NCBI RefSeq assembly: GCF_009914755.1
Contig: NC_060941.1
DNA from: the human T2T-CHM13v2.0 reference genome, Homo sapiens
DNA: 64,000 nt
Reading direction: 5' to 3' (one strand)
Under the pieces are notes generated by a model. It had not been told where the DNA came from. It did no database searches and was given only the letters and a program-made list of their open reading frames with translations. The position numbers and the translations under genes were made by a program. Of this stretch, positions 26,365 through 40,088 are shown one piece after another (within the stretch, counting starts at the first letter, position 1; each line of letters starts with the position of its first letter).

Positions 26365-27162
26365 ACGTGTCTGTGGACACATGGAGATGATCTTCAAGAA
26401 CAGTTCTCCCTTCAAAGACAGACTTGCTGCCCAGCTGTGAGGAGTGTGGTCGGCAGACAGCCTTCAGCTGTCACCTCCTTTAGGGTTTACCGTAGCTGCA
26501 GAGAGCCTCCTTCCCCAAGGCAGTCCCTTTTCCTGGATAGCCCACACCTGGTGATTGAGGCAGGGGTATAAAGACTGTCCATTTTAACCTGATATGGGAC
26601 AGCTCTGATGGCCAACAGTCATTCCAAATCTCCCTGCTGGGTTGGTGCTACGGTGTGAAAGTGTCCTTTCCAAAAGTCATGCGTTGAAACTTCATAGCCA
26701 GTGCGATAGTATTATGAGGTGGGGCCTTTAAGAGGTGATTAGGCCACGAGGCTCCTCCCACGTGAATGGGATAAGACCCTTTATAAAAGAGGCTTCATGC
26801 AGTGTGTGGCTTTCTTGCTCTTTCACCTTTCCCTGTGTGAAGGTGCGGTGTTCTTGTTCCCCAAGAGGATGCAGAGACCAGGTCCTCACTAGCTGGCAGC
26901 TTGGTTTGGATTTCCCAGCCTCCAGAACTGTGAGAAATTATTTTCTGTTTTTTATAAATTGCCCAGTTTCAGGTATTTTGTTATAGAAGCAGAAAATGTG
27001 CTGAGATAATCGGCTTTCTGGGAGGTCAGCCTGCAATTTGACTTCCTCCTCTGCCCAATCAATCTCCTTCCCTTGTTCCTTCACAGGTGTTGTTCCCTAG
27101 TAAACACTTTTCACTCCAAACTCTTTCTCATACTTGCTTCTGGAGCCCCTGGCCTGTGACAC
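26365..27162 (+). mobile_element. LTR16A-like ERVL LTR split by a nested MST-type MaLR LTR (~26646-27008)
   Basis: gcagacagccttcagctgtc...gctgcagagagcc...ggggtataaag (LTR16); the insert has MaLR hallmarks gaggtggggcctttaagaggtgattagg and cccagcctccagaactgtgagaaa. Confidence 0.7.
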
Positions 27163-27559
27163 TGCCTGGATAGCGTCACTGCCGCCGCTCTTATTTATAC
27201 CAGACTCCCCATCACTCCCCGCACACACCCTGTTTCAAATCCCTGTGCTTTCATGTGTGCTATTCCCTTTGCCTCAACTTTTCTTCTCAATTTTTTTTTT
27301 TGGTCAACAAAATTTCTGTTTTTCCTGTCCCTTCAAACCCAGCTCAGGGAATATCTCCTACCTGGCTCCTTGTTGCTGGGCTTGGCTTGCTTCTTTGTTC
27401 TCTCCCTCCTCCCTTTGCTTAGAGAGTACTGCTGTAGTTGGCGGGTACAGTATTGTATACAGAAGTGTATTTGGTACCCAGAAGTGATGGATTCCAGAGC
27501 AGAAAGGGACCCAGGACTACCTGACATGGTAGTTGTGATTCTGGAGCAGGAGCTGTGAT

Positions 27560-30500
27560 GAACACGGGAGAGCAGATATGCCTTCAACATACTGACTTCA
27601 TTTCCTTTGGGTACATACCTAGAATTGGGATTACTGAAACATGGTAGCTTCATTTTAAAAAAGTAATTTTTTTAGAGGCAAGGTCTCACTCTTCTGCCCA
27701 GGCTGGAGTGCAGTCGCACAGTCATAGCTCACTGCAGCCTTGCCCTCCTGGGCTCAAGAGATCCTCTTGCCTTAACCTCCCCAGGAGCTAGGACTACAGG
27801 TGTGTGCCACCATGCCCAGCTAGCTTTTTAAATTTTGTGTTTGTAGAGATGGGGTATCACCATGTTGCCCAGGCTGGTGTCAAACTCCTGGCTGTAAGTG
27901 ATCCTCGTGCCTCATCCTCCTAAAGTGTTGGGATTACAGGCACGAGCAACTGTGCCCAGCAGTGGTTCGATTTTTAGTTTTTAAAGAACCTCCATACCAT
28001 CATCCATAATTGTTATACTAATTTACATTCCCACCAACAATGCTTAAAAGTTACCTTTTCTCCACATCCTCCGATACTCGTCATTCATCTTTATGGTGAA
28101 GGCTGTTCTAACAAGCATGAAATGATACCTCATGGTGATTTTGATGTACATTTTTCTAATGATTAGTGATGTGAGCATATTTTCATGTACCTATTGGCCA
28201 TTTGTATGTCATCTAAAGAAACATCAGTTCATATATCTATAAAGAACATCATTGCTATTTTGATATGGATTTTTTTGCCTTTGTAGATTGCTTTGAGTAA
28301 CATGGACATTTTAGTAATGGTAATTCTTTCAATCCATGAACAGGGAATATTTTCTCATTTACTATTCTCTTTTCAATTTTTTCTTCAATGTTTTATAGTT
28401 TTTATTTTAGAGATCTTTCATCTCTTTGGTTAAATGTACTCCAAGGGATCTTTGGTTTTGGTAGCTATTGTAAATGGTATGGTTTCTCCATTTTTTTTTT
28501 CAGATAGTTCACTATTCATGTATAGATGTTTCTGTTTTTATGCCAGTACCATAGTATTTTGATTAAAATTGTTTTATAATATGTTAATATGTTTTGAAAT
28601 CAGAGAGTGTGATGCCTTCAGCTTTGTTCTTTTGGCTGAAGTTTATTTTTGGCTATTGGGGTCTTTTGTGGTTTTATATGGAATGGTTTGTTTTTGTTTA
28701 TTAAAAATTTTATTTTAAAAAATTTTCAATATTGAGGGTACATATGCAGGTTTGTTGCATGTGTATATTGCACCCAGCCAGAGAGCATAGTACCAAATAG
28801 GTAGTTTTTCAACCCATGCCTCCCTCCCCTCCTCCCTCACCATTAGTCTGCAGTTTCTGTTGTTCTCCTGTTTGTGTCCATGTGTCTTCAATGTTTAGCT
28901 CCCACTTATAAGTGAAAACATGTGGTATTTGGTTTTCTGTTCCTGAGTTAGTTTGCTTAGGATTTTGGCCTTCAGCTCCATCCATGTTGTTGGAAAGGAT
29001 GTGACTTCCTTCTTTTTTATGACTGCATAATATTCCATGGTATATATAAGCATTTTCTTTATCCAGTCAACGACTGATGGGCACCAAAGTTGAATCCGTG
29101 TCTTTGCTGTTGTGAATCTCATTGTGATGGACATATGCATATATATGTCCTTATGGTAGAATGATTTATATACCCGGTAATGGAAATGCTGAGTCAAATG
29201 GTAGTTCTGTTGTAAGTTCTTTGAGAAATCTCCAAACTGCTCTTCACAGTTGCTGAACTAATTTACATTCCCACCATCAGCATATAAGCGTTCCCTCCCT
29301 TTTCTCCACAGCCTTGCCAGCATCTGCTTTTTTTGGACTTTTTATTAATAGCCATTCTGACTGGTGTGAGATGGTGTCTCACTGTGGTTTTGATTTGCAT
29401 TTCTCTGATGATTAGTGATGAGCATTTTTTTTCATATGTTTGTTGTCCAATCCTGTCCCTTCCCTTGAGAAGTGTCTTTTCCTTTGCCCATTTTTAAAAT
29501 GTGGTTATTTTTTGCTTGTTTATTTAAGTTCCTTACAAATACTGGATATTAGACCTTTGTCAGATGCATAGTTTGCAAATATTTTCTCCCGTTCTGCAGG
29601 TTGTCTGTTTACTCTTTCGATAGTTTCTTTTGCTGTGTAGATGATCTTTAGGTAATTAGGTCCCACTTTTCAATAGTTTGACCTATTCTTTTCTTATTTG
29701 GAGGCCTTTTATTTCTCTTGCCTGATCGCTGTGGCTAGGCCTTCCAGTACTATGTTGAATAGGGTGGTGACAGTGGGCATCCTTGTTTTGTTCCAGGTCT
29801 CAAGGGGAATGGCTCCAGCTTTTGTCCATTCAGTATGATGTTGGCTGTGGGTTTGTCATAGATGGCTCTTATTATTTTGAGGTATGTTCCTTGGATGCCT
29901 ACTCTGTTGAGGAGTTTTATCATGAAGGGATGCTGGATTTTACCAAAACCTGTTTCTGTTTCTATTGAGATGATCATATGGTTTTTGCTTTTAATTCTGT
30001 TTATGTGATAAATCACATTGATTGATTTGTGTATGTTGAACCAGCCTTGCATCCCAGGAAGTAAAGTTGGGCAAGTCCAGATGGTCATTTTACAGGTAAT
30101 TGCTGACATGCAGTTGCCTCTCAACCTGGGGAAGACTAATGAAAGCAACTGGGTTGTGTGGGAAAGGTGGCTCAGGATTTGAGCCTGAAAGGCCTATGGA
30201 CAATGTTTCCTACAGCACGATGTTGTCGACTAGTTTCTTCTGGTGTGGCACCTCTATTGGCCAGAATACAGAGCAATTCCCAAGATCTGTGTGCTGGCTA
30301 CTTTAAGTCCTACCTTCATTCTTTGTTTCTAACTGACCCCAGGTGGTCTCACTCTGCCTGCGCTCTCTCTGTGTCCCCTGGGATGAGACAAGCATGAGCT
30401 TGCCTCCTCCTGCAAAGGATCCCAGAATGAAGGGGAAACTGAGTATCCGCTTCCAATTCACTTTTCTTATTGTAGAAACTGTGGGTCTAGAACATTCTCT

Positions 30501-30960
30501 GTGTGGTGTGGTGCTGACTTTGGGGCGGGTGAAATGGTCAGGGAACAATTTCTGTTACTCTTTGATGATGGCTCTTCTCAGTTGTGTGGCCCAGGGTGGT
30601 GTCTCAGCCTCAGTCCCAATTCCTGGAATGTTCAAGATGTTTTTCTAAAAATTTGAAGTTCCAGGATACATGTGCAGGATGTGCAGATTTGTTACGTAGG
30701 TAAACATGTGCCACGGTGTTTTGCTGCACCTGTCAACCCATCACTGAGGTACTAAGCCCTGCATGCATTAGCTCTTTATCCCGATTCTCTCCCTCCACCG
30801 CCCCCACTCCCCCAACAGGACCCAGTGTGTGTCATTCCTCTCCCGGTGTCCTTGTGTTAGGATGGTATTCTTGATTGTGGGTGCTTCTAGTTGGATTTCT
30901 GTGTGGGGGAGTGAAAGTGGAGAACTCCTATTCTGCCATCTTGCTTATGTCGTTCTCTTC
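27560..30960 (-). mobile_element. Mosaic of antisense L1 fragments (L1M/L1PA/L1PB; ORF2 RT and C-terminal pieces, 5'-UTR-like piece)
   Basis: ORF 29750..30148 ([21 protein letters not shown]...[10 protein letters not shown]) is L1 ORF2 RT; ORF 28895..29197 is the ORF2 C-terminus. Confidence 0.9.
27667..27960 (-). mobile_element. AluJ element inserted in L1
   Basis: Antisense diverged Alu. Confidence 0.92.
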
Positions 30961-31026
30961 TTGACCAATTTTTAATAAAAAATATATGATTCAGATTTTC
31001 TATGTGTTTAGAGGGGAAAGAAGTAT

Positions 31027-31402
31027 TGTTATGGACTGAATGTTTGTGTCCCTGCCAAATCCATATGTCGAAGCTCTACTGCCCCATGTGATAGTACCTT
31101 TGGGAGGTAACTGGGTTTAGAGGAGCTCATGATGGTGAGCCCCATAATGGGATTAGTGCTCTTATAAGAAGAGGAGGAGACCAGTGCTTTTCCTTTCTCT
31201 CGTTGCATACACAAAGAAGAGGTCATGTGAGCACACAGCAAGATGGTGGCTGCCTACAAGCTAGGAAGAAGTCTTACCAGAACCCAACCATGCTGGCATC
31301 CTGATAGTGACTCCTAGCTTCCACAAGTGTGAGAAAATCAATCTGTTGTTTAAGCCACCCAGTGTATGGTATTTGTTATAACATCCCTAATTGACTAAGA
31401 CA
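31027..31402 (+). mobile_element. MLT1A-type MaLR LTR
   Basis: tgttatggactgaatgtttgtgtccc...atgggattagtgctcttataagaagag...tttaagccacccagt...gactaagaca. Confidence 0.85.
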
Positions 31403-31527
31403 AATGTGTTTTCCACATCTAATCATTCATCCAGTTTCAAACCCAATGGCAAACCAAAGCTTCAGATCCTTTAAAAACTAAAAAAGTAACTATGAATAAT
31501 TTCTTTTTTTTTGCTTGGTAAATCAAC

Positions 31528-32503
31528 TATTTTTATTTTATTATTTTATTTTCCATAAGTCGTTGGGGTACAGGTGTATTTGGTTACATGAGTAAGTTCT
31601 TTAGTGGAGATTTATGAGATTCTTGTGCACCCATCATCCAAGCAGTATACACTGCATCATATTTGTTGTCTTTTATCCCTCGCCCCCCTCCCAGTCTTCT
31701 CCCCAAGTCTCCAAAATCCATTATATCATTTTTATGGCTTTGTGTCCTCATAGCTTAGCTCCCACATATCATTGAGAACACATGATCTTTGGTTTTCCAT
31801 TCTTGAGTTACTTCACTTAGAATAATAGTCTCCAGTCTCATCCAGGTCATTGCAAATGCTATTAATTCATTCCTTTTTATGGCTGAGTAGTATTCCATTG
31901 TATATATGCCATAGTTTCTTTACCCATTCGTTGATCAATGGGCATTTGGGTTGGTTCCACGATTTTGCATTTGTGAATTGTGTTGCTATAAACATGAGTG
32001 TGCAAGTACATTTTTCAAATAATGACTTCTTTTCCTCTGGATAGATACCCAGTAGTGGATTGCTGGATCAAATGGTAGTTCTATTTTTAGTTCTTTAAGG
32101 AAACTCCACACTGTTTTCCATGGTGGCTGTACTAGCTTACAATCCCACCAGCAGTGTAGAAGTGTTCCCTGTTCACTGCATCCATGCCAACATCTCCTGT
32201 TTTTCTATTTTTTGATTATGGACATTCTTGCAGGAGTATGATAATTTTTTGATTATGGCTGCTTTTTGCAGGAGTACAGTGGTATCACATTGTGGTTTTG
32301 ATTTGCATCTCCCTGATCATTAGTGAAGTTGAGCATTTTTTCAAATGTTTGCTGACAATTAGTTTATCTTCTTCTGAGAATTGTCTATTCATGTCCTTAG
32401 CCCACTTTTTGATGGGATTGTTTGTTTTATTCTTATTGATTTGTTTGAGTTTGTTGTAAATTCTGGATATTAGTCCTTTGTCAGATGTATACATTATGAA
32501 GAG
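31528..32503 (-). mobile_element. L1PB-type 3' fragment
   Basis: ORF 32285..32494 is L1 ORF2 C-terminus-like; direct repeat gtaaatcaactatt at both ends (probable TSD). Confidence 0.9.
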
Positions 32504-34207
32504 TAAATCAACTATTGACCCTGATTTAGGCAGTGTGGTTTATATTCTGAAAATGACTCACAGATTTTGAAAAAATTACATAAAAATCTTATAATTTTCT
32601 TTCCATCACACTTTCTCAGCATTTTTGCCATAACATTTTCTTAAACTAAATGAATTTGAATAACTGCCCTGTGATTTACTTAGGAAAATTGCTTATGTAT
32701 CTGTTTCCTCATTTGTAAAATAAAAATAACAAAACCTTGTTCATAAGATTGTTTAAAGGACTCAATGAGAAACATTTGAAAGTCCTGTAATCTGGCAGAT
32801 GTCAGAAATATGATTTCCTTCCTTTCTTGACACCAGTGAGCATAATAGAAAAGTAATAGAAATAATGCTTCAGCTAATTTTGGTTAGAAATAACCATGAC
32901 TTTTGTCTCTACAGATCCATGAATAGATGAGTTTTAAAGTCTGATTCATTCTTTAAAGTCTTTATTAATTCAATGGCATAATAAAAACCTCACAGATATA
33001 AGCTATCTTTTTATATCTCATATTTTGACACCGTATCAAACCCTTTTCCAGGTACCATTTAACTCACTCAATTGAGAAAGATTGCATGCCTAGATGGCTG
33101 AAGACTTTTATTCCTTTCACATACAGTTAAAATTGGGAGTAAGTGCTTCGCAATAGTGTAGATGATGTAGTGTAAGGTAGAATAGCACTTAACCATGGCA
33201 TAAATTCAATTATACTTGTGTCTTATAAGGTATAATTAGGCAAAAATTAGATTCTAATTTTAGTTTATATAATTACTGTGGTGAAAGATGTATTATAATT
33301 TTTAAGTACTGCGTTTTTTTTCTGGGTTTTTGCATTCTGATTCTCTGTTACAGTTTTTTCTTCCCATAGTGGTCTTCTGTCCTATCCTCCCTTTATAAAT
33401 TTGCAATATACATTTTTAAATATAATTTCTGCATAGTTCCATTTTCTATGAAAGAGCAAACAGTTCAGCTAGGAAACGGAAACAATATCAGCCTTTAGAT
33501 AGTGTGGGCGAAACAGAGTCACTTCCCTTTCAGCTCAGCTTTGATTTCAAGTTACTTAAACTCTACCTGAAAATGATTTTATGTCATATACTTGTACAAT
33601 GTAAACATCATCCAAATTAAAAATGTTAAAGCCTCAATGTCTTCCCTAAGTATTTATGAAAATAAAACAAGAGACTATTTCTGATTCTATTATCAATATT
33701 GAGAAGGAATGGTCAGTAAGTATATGACATTTTATAGTCTTTGATCACGAAAAGAGGAAGGTAATTTGAAAGTGTGTTCTATTTGTAATCTTATCTGCTG
33801 GAATTTATGTGTTATCTGTTGGCATTGCCAGCACATATAAGGCTATATGTTTTAAATAACTAATTTGTTAAAGAACCATTAAAAATATGAGTTTGAAAAT
33901 AACAAAGGAATTTAATACTACTTAATAAATATTTTAGGGTTAAAAATAAGTGTTACATTTTCTTTAGCGGCATATTTCAAGCATATAATAAAATAAAATA
34001 ATTTTAGACACATATATACCATCCACAAAATTAAAAATATTAATTTGTTACCTGATCATGTCACTTCTTTCTGTAAAAAAGATTTAAAATATTATAGTTA
34101 ACACTAAAGCATTATCCCTATTCCTTTCCCTCATTTTGTTCTCCTTTTCAAAGGAATTGATTTCCGAATTTGAGAACAATTTTCAAGTATGTTTGTACTT
34201 TAGGAGA

Positions 34208-35265
34208 ACAGTTCTCAAACTTTTGGTTTCAGGATGCATTTACCTGCTTAAAATTTTTGGGACCAAAAGAGCCATGAGCTGTGTTTATATGGGTTTTATC
34301 TACTGATATTCTCATATTAGAAAGACATTTAAAATATTTATTTACTAATTCCCTCATAAAACAATAATATTACCATGACATGTTTTTATAGTAGGATTTT
34401 AAATAGAAATAACTATATTTTTTAAAAAAATTTATTGAAGAATAGCATGGTTTTACTTTTTTTCCAATCTTTTTAATGTCTGGCTTAACACAAGGGAGCT
34501 AGATTCCTGTATCAGCTTCTGCATTTATTTGTAGTGATATGTTATTTTGGTTGACATGTATGAAGAAAATCCAGCCTTATACAGATGTGTAATTGCAAAA
34601 GGGAGGATTATGTTAATAACCTTTTCAATTAATATTATTTGATACTACATCAAAACGTGATAAGTGGTAGTTTCTTAAAGGTTAGTAGCAATGCAGAATC
34701 TGATAACACATGAATAGACATTTTATCCCCTATGTCATTAAAATCCATTGGCTTCTTTTGCATTTTAAGTTAATCTTTTATTTATGTGTAACTTTTTCAC
34801 ATAATGCATTGGTCATTTGAAAAATACTGGCTCACTGAGTTATACAGATCTTCCAGTGTTGACACATTTCATATATATATGAAATATATATCCATCACCA
34901 TGATGGACGAATTTTCCAAAGGGGTGATATTGCTTGATAGACCAAATATTTATTACTGGCAACAAATACTGTCAGTTTTTCTTACAGCGACAGGCTCACT
35001 TCATTTATTTTGTGGCAACGCCTGCCAAATACCAATTCTGAATAACTATAGTTTATCAGTAATTCTAACAAATAAAAATAATGTTCCATGAAATGGCTGG
35101 TTGAGCCCAAATTCAATCATTCAAGTACTTCCTCACAAGACAATCATTGTACTCTGAGATGCAGAAGTGCTCTCTGGTACTAGCCATTATATTATACAAA
35201 ATATTAAAAAGACATACATGAAAAGATGTGATTTAATAAAAATTTATTGCTTTATCAAGGACAAC
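34208..35265. mobile_element. Charlie1-family hAT DNA transposon fragment
   Basis: cagttctcaaacttttggtttcagga...tttaatgtctggcttaa...gaagaaaatccagcct...aaaagggagga resemble Charlie1. Confidence 0.7.
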
Positions 35266-36717
35266 ATTTGTTAAGAATTTTGTCTGTCTCTGCATCTATT
35301 GACATGTTGATTTTTTCTTTTTATTTGTCAATATAATAAACACTTATGGATTAAAAAGTATCAAATTATCTTTATATACCTTTGAAATATCCTAATGGGT
35401 ACTTATGCAGTATTATTATTTTTAAATTCTCTGTTGGATTCAATTTACTAGTATTTTCCTTGGGATACCTGTATTTATATTTTTAAGTGAAATTAGCTCT
35501 TGCACTTTTTCTTGTCCTCTTTTTCTGCTTTGATATCAGGTGATAATTATGACATAAAACTATTTGGGAAGTTTTATTTCTTTTTCTATTCTCTGCAAAT
35601 TTTTTTTTAAAAAAACTGGATGATTCGTAACTTCGTAAAAGTTGCTTATCAATGGATTTATATTTGTGATGTGTACATATTCATATATATATGAATATTT
35701 AAAATGATTGCTTAAATTCTAGTTATAGGACTATTTAATTTTTCCATTTCTTCTTGAGTCAGCTTTGAAAAGTCACATTTTTTTCAAGGATTTATTTATT
35801 TTGTCAAAATGTTCAAAATTATTGGCATGTAGATGTTGATGATATTCCCTCTTCATCACCCTAATCTTGATGTTATCTTTAGTTTTTACCACCATTCTTC
35901 CCACTGTAGTCTTTACTCATGTCTTTTCTTTCTTTGCTCAATGTTCCAGGGGTTTGTTCATTTTATTTTAAAAGAACCTATCTTTGGCTTTTAAAATCCT
36001 CTTCATTGTATTTTTGTTTTATATTTTATTGAGTTCGATTCCCAATTTATTTATTAAAATATCTCCTTTCCTCTATGTTCTCTGGGATCACTAAATTGTT
36101 CATTTGTTCCAGAATCCTCCCCTTCTACTGGCCATACTACCACTGCTATTTATGAATATGCATTTATGTTTGAGAGTTTTGTTTTCAGGGATGGATGGAA
36201 TTCTTGCATAAAGAGAAGGAAGGTGAGGAACTACAGAAATAAAAGATAGGATGGTCTTTCCAAGGGCAAGGTCTGACTTCCTACAGAGAAAAGGAATGCA
36301 GGGAAAAGGCAAGAGAGTGTTGCTTTGAGGCCCCAAAGATAAAATCAACCCAGAGCACAAGAGGAATCTTGTTGGCATTTCTGCATGAACCATATGAGCT
36401 GTGTCCAGAGTGACTATATGTCAACATTGAAGTGGTGCGTGTTGTACCTGTTAGAACATCAAGAAAGGGGAAGCCTCACCCAGGGCATCTGTGGTAGGGG
36501 TAGTGCAAAGTGTCTTCTCTAAAGAGCTTGAAGATAGCAGGCTCCTTAGAGAAGCCAAACCTCTGGGTCATAAGTGAATGGGTGCTAGAAAACATGAGAG
36601 CCCTCCCTAAGCTATGACTGTGTATATATAGATAAGCCTAGGACTGTGGGCCTATGATCAAGCAGGTTTAAATATTTGACCCTGTAAAATCCTGGTAGTA
36701 GTGTTAGCATGACATTA

Positions 36718-36723
36718 TTTATT
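36718..36723 (-). terminator. Candidate OR1D5 polyadenylation signal
   Basis: AATAAA on the - strand (tttatt on +) ~185 nt downstream of the stop; motif only. Confidence 0.35.
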
Positions 36724-36906
36724 GCCAAGGCTGGTGAGGTCTGGGAGGCACTGGGATACACATTGTGTCTTTTCTTCACCACAGGTAGATATGCTCATCC
36801 TGAGCTGGAGCTGTACTCTGACTGTTGCATATCCCAAAGCATAATGCCTTATGTGTGGAGAAGGATATTTCCGGTCTCCACTTCAATCCCCTTTCCAAAA
36901 TTACCT

Positions 36907-37845
36907 TCATTTAGGCCTCTGAAAGGGTCTCCATAGGACTCTTCCCGGAGCCCCATGCATGTCTTTGTTCCTCAGGCTGTAGATGAAAGGGTTCATCATA
37001 GGTGTCAGCACAGCATACATCACTGTGGCTACTGAGTCCTTCATGGAGTAGGTATGGAGGGGCTGCAGGTACACCATAGCAAGCGTCCCATAAAAGAGGG
37101 AGACCACACCCAAATGGGAGGCACAGGTAGAGAAGGTTTTGTATTTCTTAGAGGCCGAGGGCATTTGAAGGATGGTTCTGACAATACGTACATAGGATGT
37201 GGTCATGAACCCTAAGGGGGTGAGGAAGATGAAGCAGCCAGTGGCAATCAACGCTGTGTGAATGATGTGGGTGTTGGAACATGCCAGCCACAGCAGGATG
37301 TACATGTCACAGAAGAGGTAGTGGATCTCTCGAGGCCCACAGAAGGTCACCCTGGTCAGGAGGAAGGTGAGGAGGAGGCCATAGAGAACAGACAGCCCCC
37401 AACACAAGGAGAGGAGCAAGACACAGAGCCCAGGGCTCATGGCTGTGACATAGTGGAGGGGGCAGCAGGTGGCCACATAGCGATCATACGCCATCACGGC
37501 CAGGATGAGGTTGTCCAGGGTCACCAAGGAGACCAGGAAGTAGAGCTGTGTCAGACACCCTGCATAGGAGATGGCTTTGTTCTGGGACTGGAAGTTCACC
37601 AGCATCTTGGGGATTGTGTTGGTGACAAAGAAGAGGTCAGTGAAGGAGAGGTTGGCCAGGAAGAAGTACATGGGGGTGTGCAGGTGGGAATCAGAGCTGA
37701 TGGCCAGGATGATGAGCACATTTCCCAGCACCGTGACCAGGTACATGGACAGGAACATCCAAAACAGGATCTGCTGCTGCTCAGGACTCTCTGAGATCCC
37801 CAGGAGAAGGAACTGTGAGTTCTCACTCTGGTTATCTCCATCCAT
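36907..37845 (-). CDS. OR1D5: Olfactory receptor family 1 subfamily D, 312 aa, single coding exon (OR1D5 by position; near-identical paralog of OR1D4)
   Basis: ATG at 37845 ([12 protein letters not shown]); OR motifs [42 protein letters not shown]; N-glycosylation site NQS; acceptor ttacAG 12 nt upstream of the ATG; first OR after RAP1GAP2. Family certain, D5 versus D4 assigned by synteny. Confidence 0.88.
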   Translation of the reverse strand: MDGDNQSENSQFLLLGISESPEQQQILFWMFLSMYLVTVLGNVLIILAISSDSHLHTPMYFFLANLSFTDLFFVTNTIPKMLVNFQSQNKAISYAGCLTQLYFLVSLVTLDNLILAVMAYDRYVATCCPLHYVTAMSPGLCVLLLSLCWGLSVLYGLLLTFLLTRVTFCGPREIHYLFCDMYILLWLACSNTHIIHTALIATGCFIFLTPLGFMTTSYVRIVRTILQMPSASKKYKTFSTCASHLGVVSLFYGTLAMVYLQPLHTYSMKDSVATVMYAVLTPMMNPFIYSLRNKDMHGAPGRVLWRPFQRPK

Positions 37846-40088
37846 TCCCCCAACTTTCTGTAACATTAACACCAACAAATGTTTATTAAGTGCCCTCATT
37901 TGAATAAGGACACGAAGATAAGCAAAATCAACTCTTTTCTTAGAATTAAAATATCTTGGACTAAACTTTAAAAATAACAAAAGCAACAGGTCATTATAGG
38001 CACAAAAATAGAATATGGAAAGTATGCAACTTATTTATTCCAGCAACTTCTCACCTGACATAATGAATATTATAAAAACAATGTCTAAGCCTTATTTTTA
38101 ATCCTGCCATCTTCCAATAGTCTTGAAGTGTTTAAAGTTTAGTGTGTTATGTTATGATTTTATACAGGGTTTTAAGTGGTATTTAATACAGGTATATGCA
38201 TTACAAGAAAAGATTATTGTCCAATTGGAGGAAGTGGAGAAATAAAATATTGGAAAGGAGAAAGAAGAATTATTATTACTTGTTGATATAATGATCTCTC
38301 TGGGAAATCTAAGAAAATGAATGGAAACATCATTAGAAAAAAAAGATGTCTGTGATTAGTCAGTGAAGTGACCCATGACAAAATGAACAGGCTCTCAGCT
38401 TTCATGGTCCCCGTAAGCCACGTAGTGCAGTGCTAAAGACCGTTCTGTGGGAACTCTTTTTTTTTTTTTTTTAATTTTAATTTTAGATTCGGGGGTGCAT
38501 GTGCAGATTTGTTACAAGGATATATTGAGAGATGCTGATGTTTGGGCATCTATTGATCCCGAACTCTTAAATTCAAGTCAAAGCACTGCCTCTTCTTGGC
38601 TGTAATGCCTCAGGCAGGTCACTTGTGTTCTTTAAGACTCAGGTTTTTTAAATGTGAAAAATGGGTTGGGGTGAGGAGAAAATTAAGGAATAAAGTACTT
38701 AACACAAAGAGCTGACATGTGGAGAGCACTCAATAAATAGTACCTGTTATTATATATGAATGATAAGAATACTAAGATTAAAATATGAAACACATTATCA
38801 GCAAACAATCTATGCATTAAGGTATTAATAAGAATCTCTATTGAGGCATAAAGTAAAAATTTATTAAATGGACAGATATAACCAAGATTCTAGATAAAAA
38901 AGATGAGATGTTGCAAAGGTGCATATTCTGAGTTGTTCTAAAATTTAACCTATTTGAAAGTCAAAATTGTAACAGGGTTTTAAAGAAACAAGAGCTAGTT
39001 TAAATTTCCTATAAAATAGGAATGAAAATAAGCTAGGAAAATGTTGAAGACAAGGAGACACTTGCTCTATTAAGAACTTTAAAATAGTGGGGGTACTGGT
39101 GCTAGAATGAACAGATCAGTAGAACTGTCTAGAAACTTAAGAAACAGCCAAGTTCATGTGGAATGTGACACTTTAATTCACCAGGGAAAGGTTGCATTAT
39201 GCAATAAATGACATTAGGACAACTGTCTACTTATTTTTTGGGAAAAGTTACATCAATGTTTTGTATTTTATCAAACATACTAAAACATACCAAACATACT
39301 AGTATATTTTATCAAAATATACTAAAGATTAAAAAATTATTTTTTCCTTTTGAAAACTGAATGTATATGGAATAAAACATTAAAAATCTGAAAAGTTATA
39401 AAGGAGATAATAAAAATTGTATCAAATTCCAGCATGTAGAGTTAGATAACCATGGCTAATGTCTTTTTAGCCGAGACATGAAGGACCACAAAAAGCCAGT
39501 CTTGTAACACAATAGGCAAAGAGCTTTGCAGAAAAACAGCCACCCTGAGCAGAGCCCCTGAGCAGGGAAAGGTCATTCTTGTGTTTAAGGAAGTAAATAT
39601 AGGCCAGCATGTCTGGGAGCAAAGAGGATATTGGTGAGACAGGATGTTGTGCAATGGCCAGTAATGAACTATAAAGCAGAAGTGGCTGTGCATATTTAGC
39701 AACTATTGTTTTTCTTCATAGTTTATCAACAGTATTTAAAAAATCAGGTATGGCTGTTGCATTTTTAATAAAACACTTTTTCAGTGTCACTCAAGATACA
39801 TTATGTGAATAGCCTTCTTAATATGGAAGCATACTTGTATGCCCATTATGAACCACTGAATCAATTTGCTAATATTTTATTTAGACTTTTGTAGTCACAA
39901 TTATTCGTGAAGTTTGTCTACGGTCTTTTTTGGCATCTGCCTTTTTAGTACAATTTGGCTTGCATCAGAGTCCATACTAAACTTGTATTCACTTATTGTC
40001 AAGTCTAACATTTAAAATTTCCTGCAATTTCTTTAATGGCTTACAAGAGAAATTTTAAAAATATTTTGTCGAATTCTTTTTGTATACA

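Noticed and set aside
37258-37903. + strand ORFs (178 aa, 110 aa) overlapping the OR gene
   Set aside because: Antisense shadows of the OR coding sequence
37846-37986. 47-aa N-terminal extension of the OR ORF (359 aa in the track)
   Set aside because: Begins at a non-ATG codon and crosses a typical OR splice acceptor at 37858; the true start is the ATG at 37845
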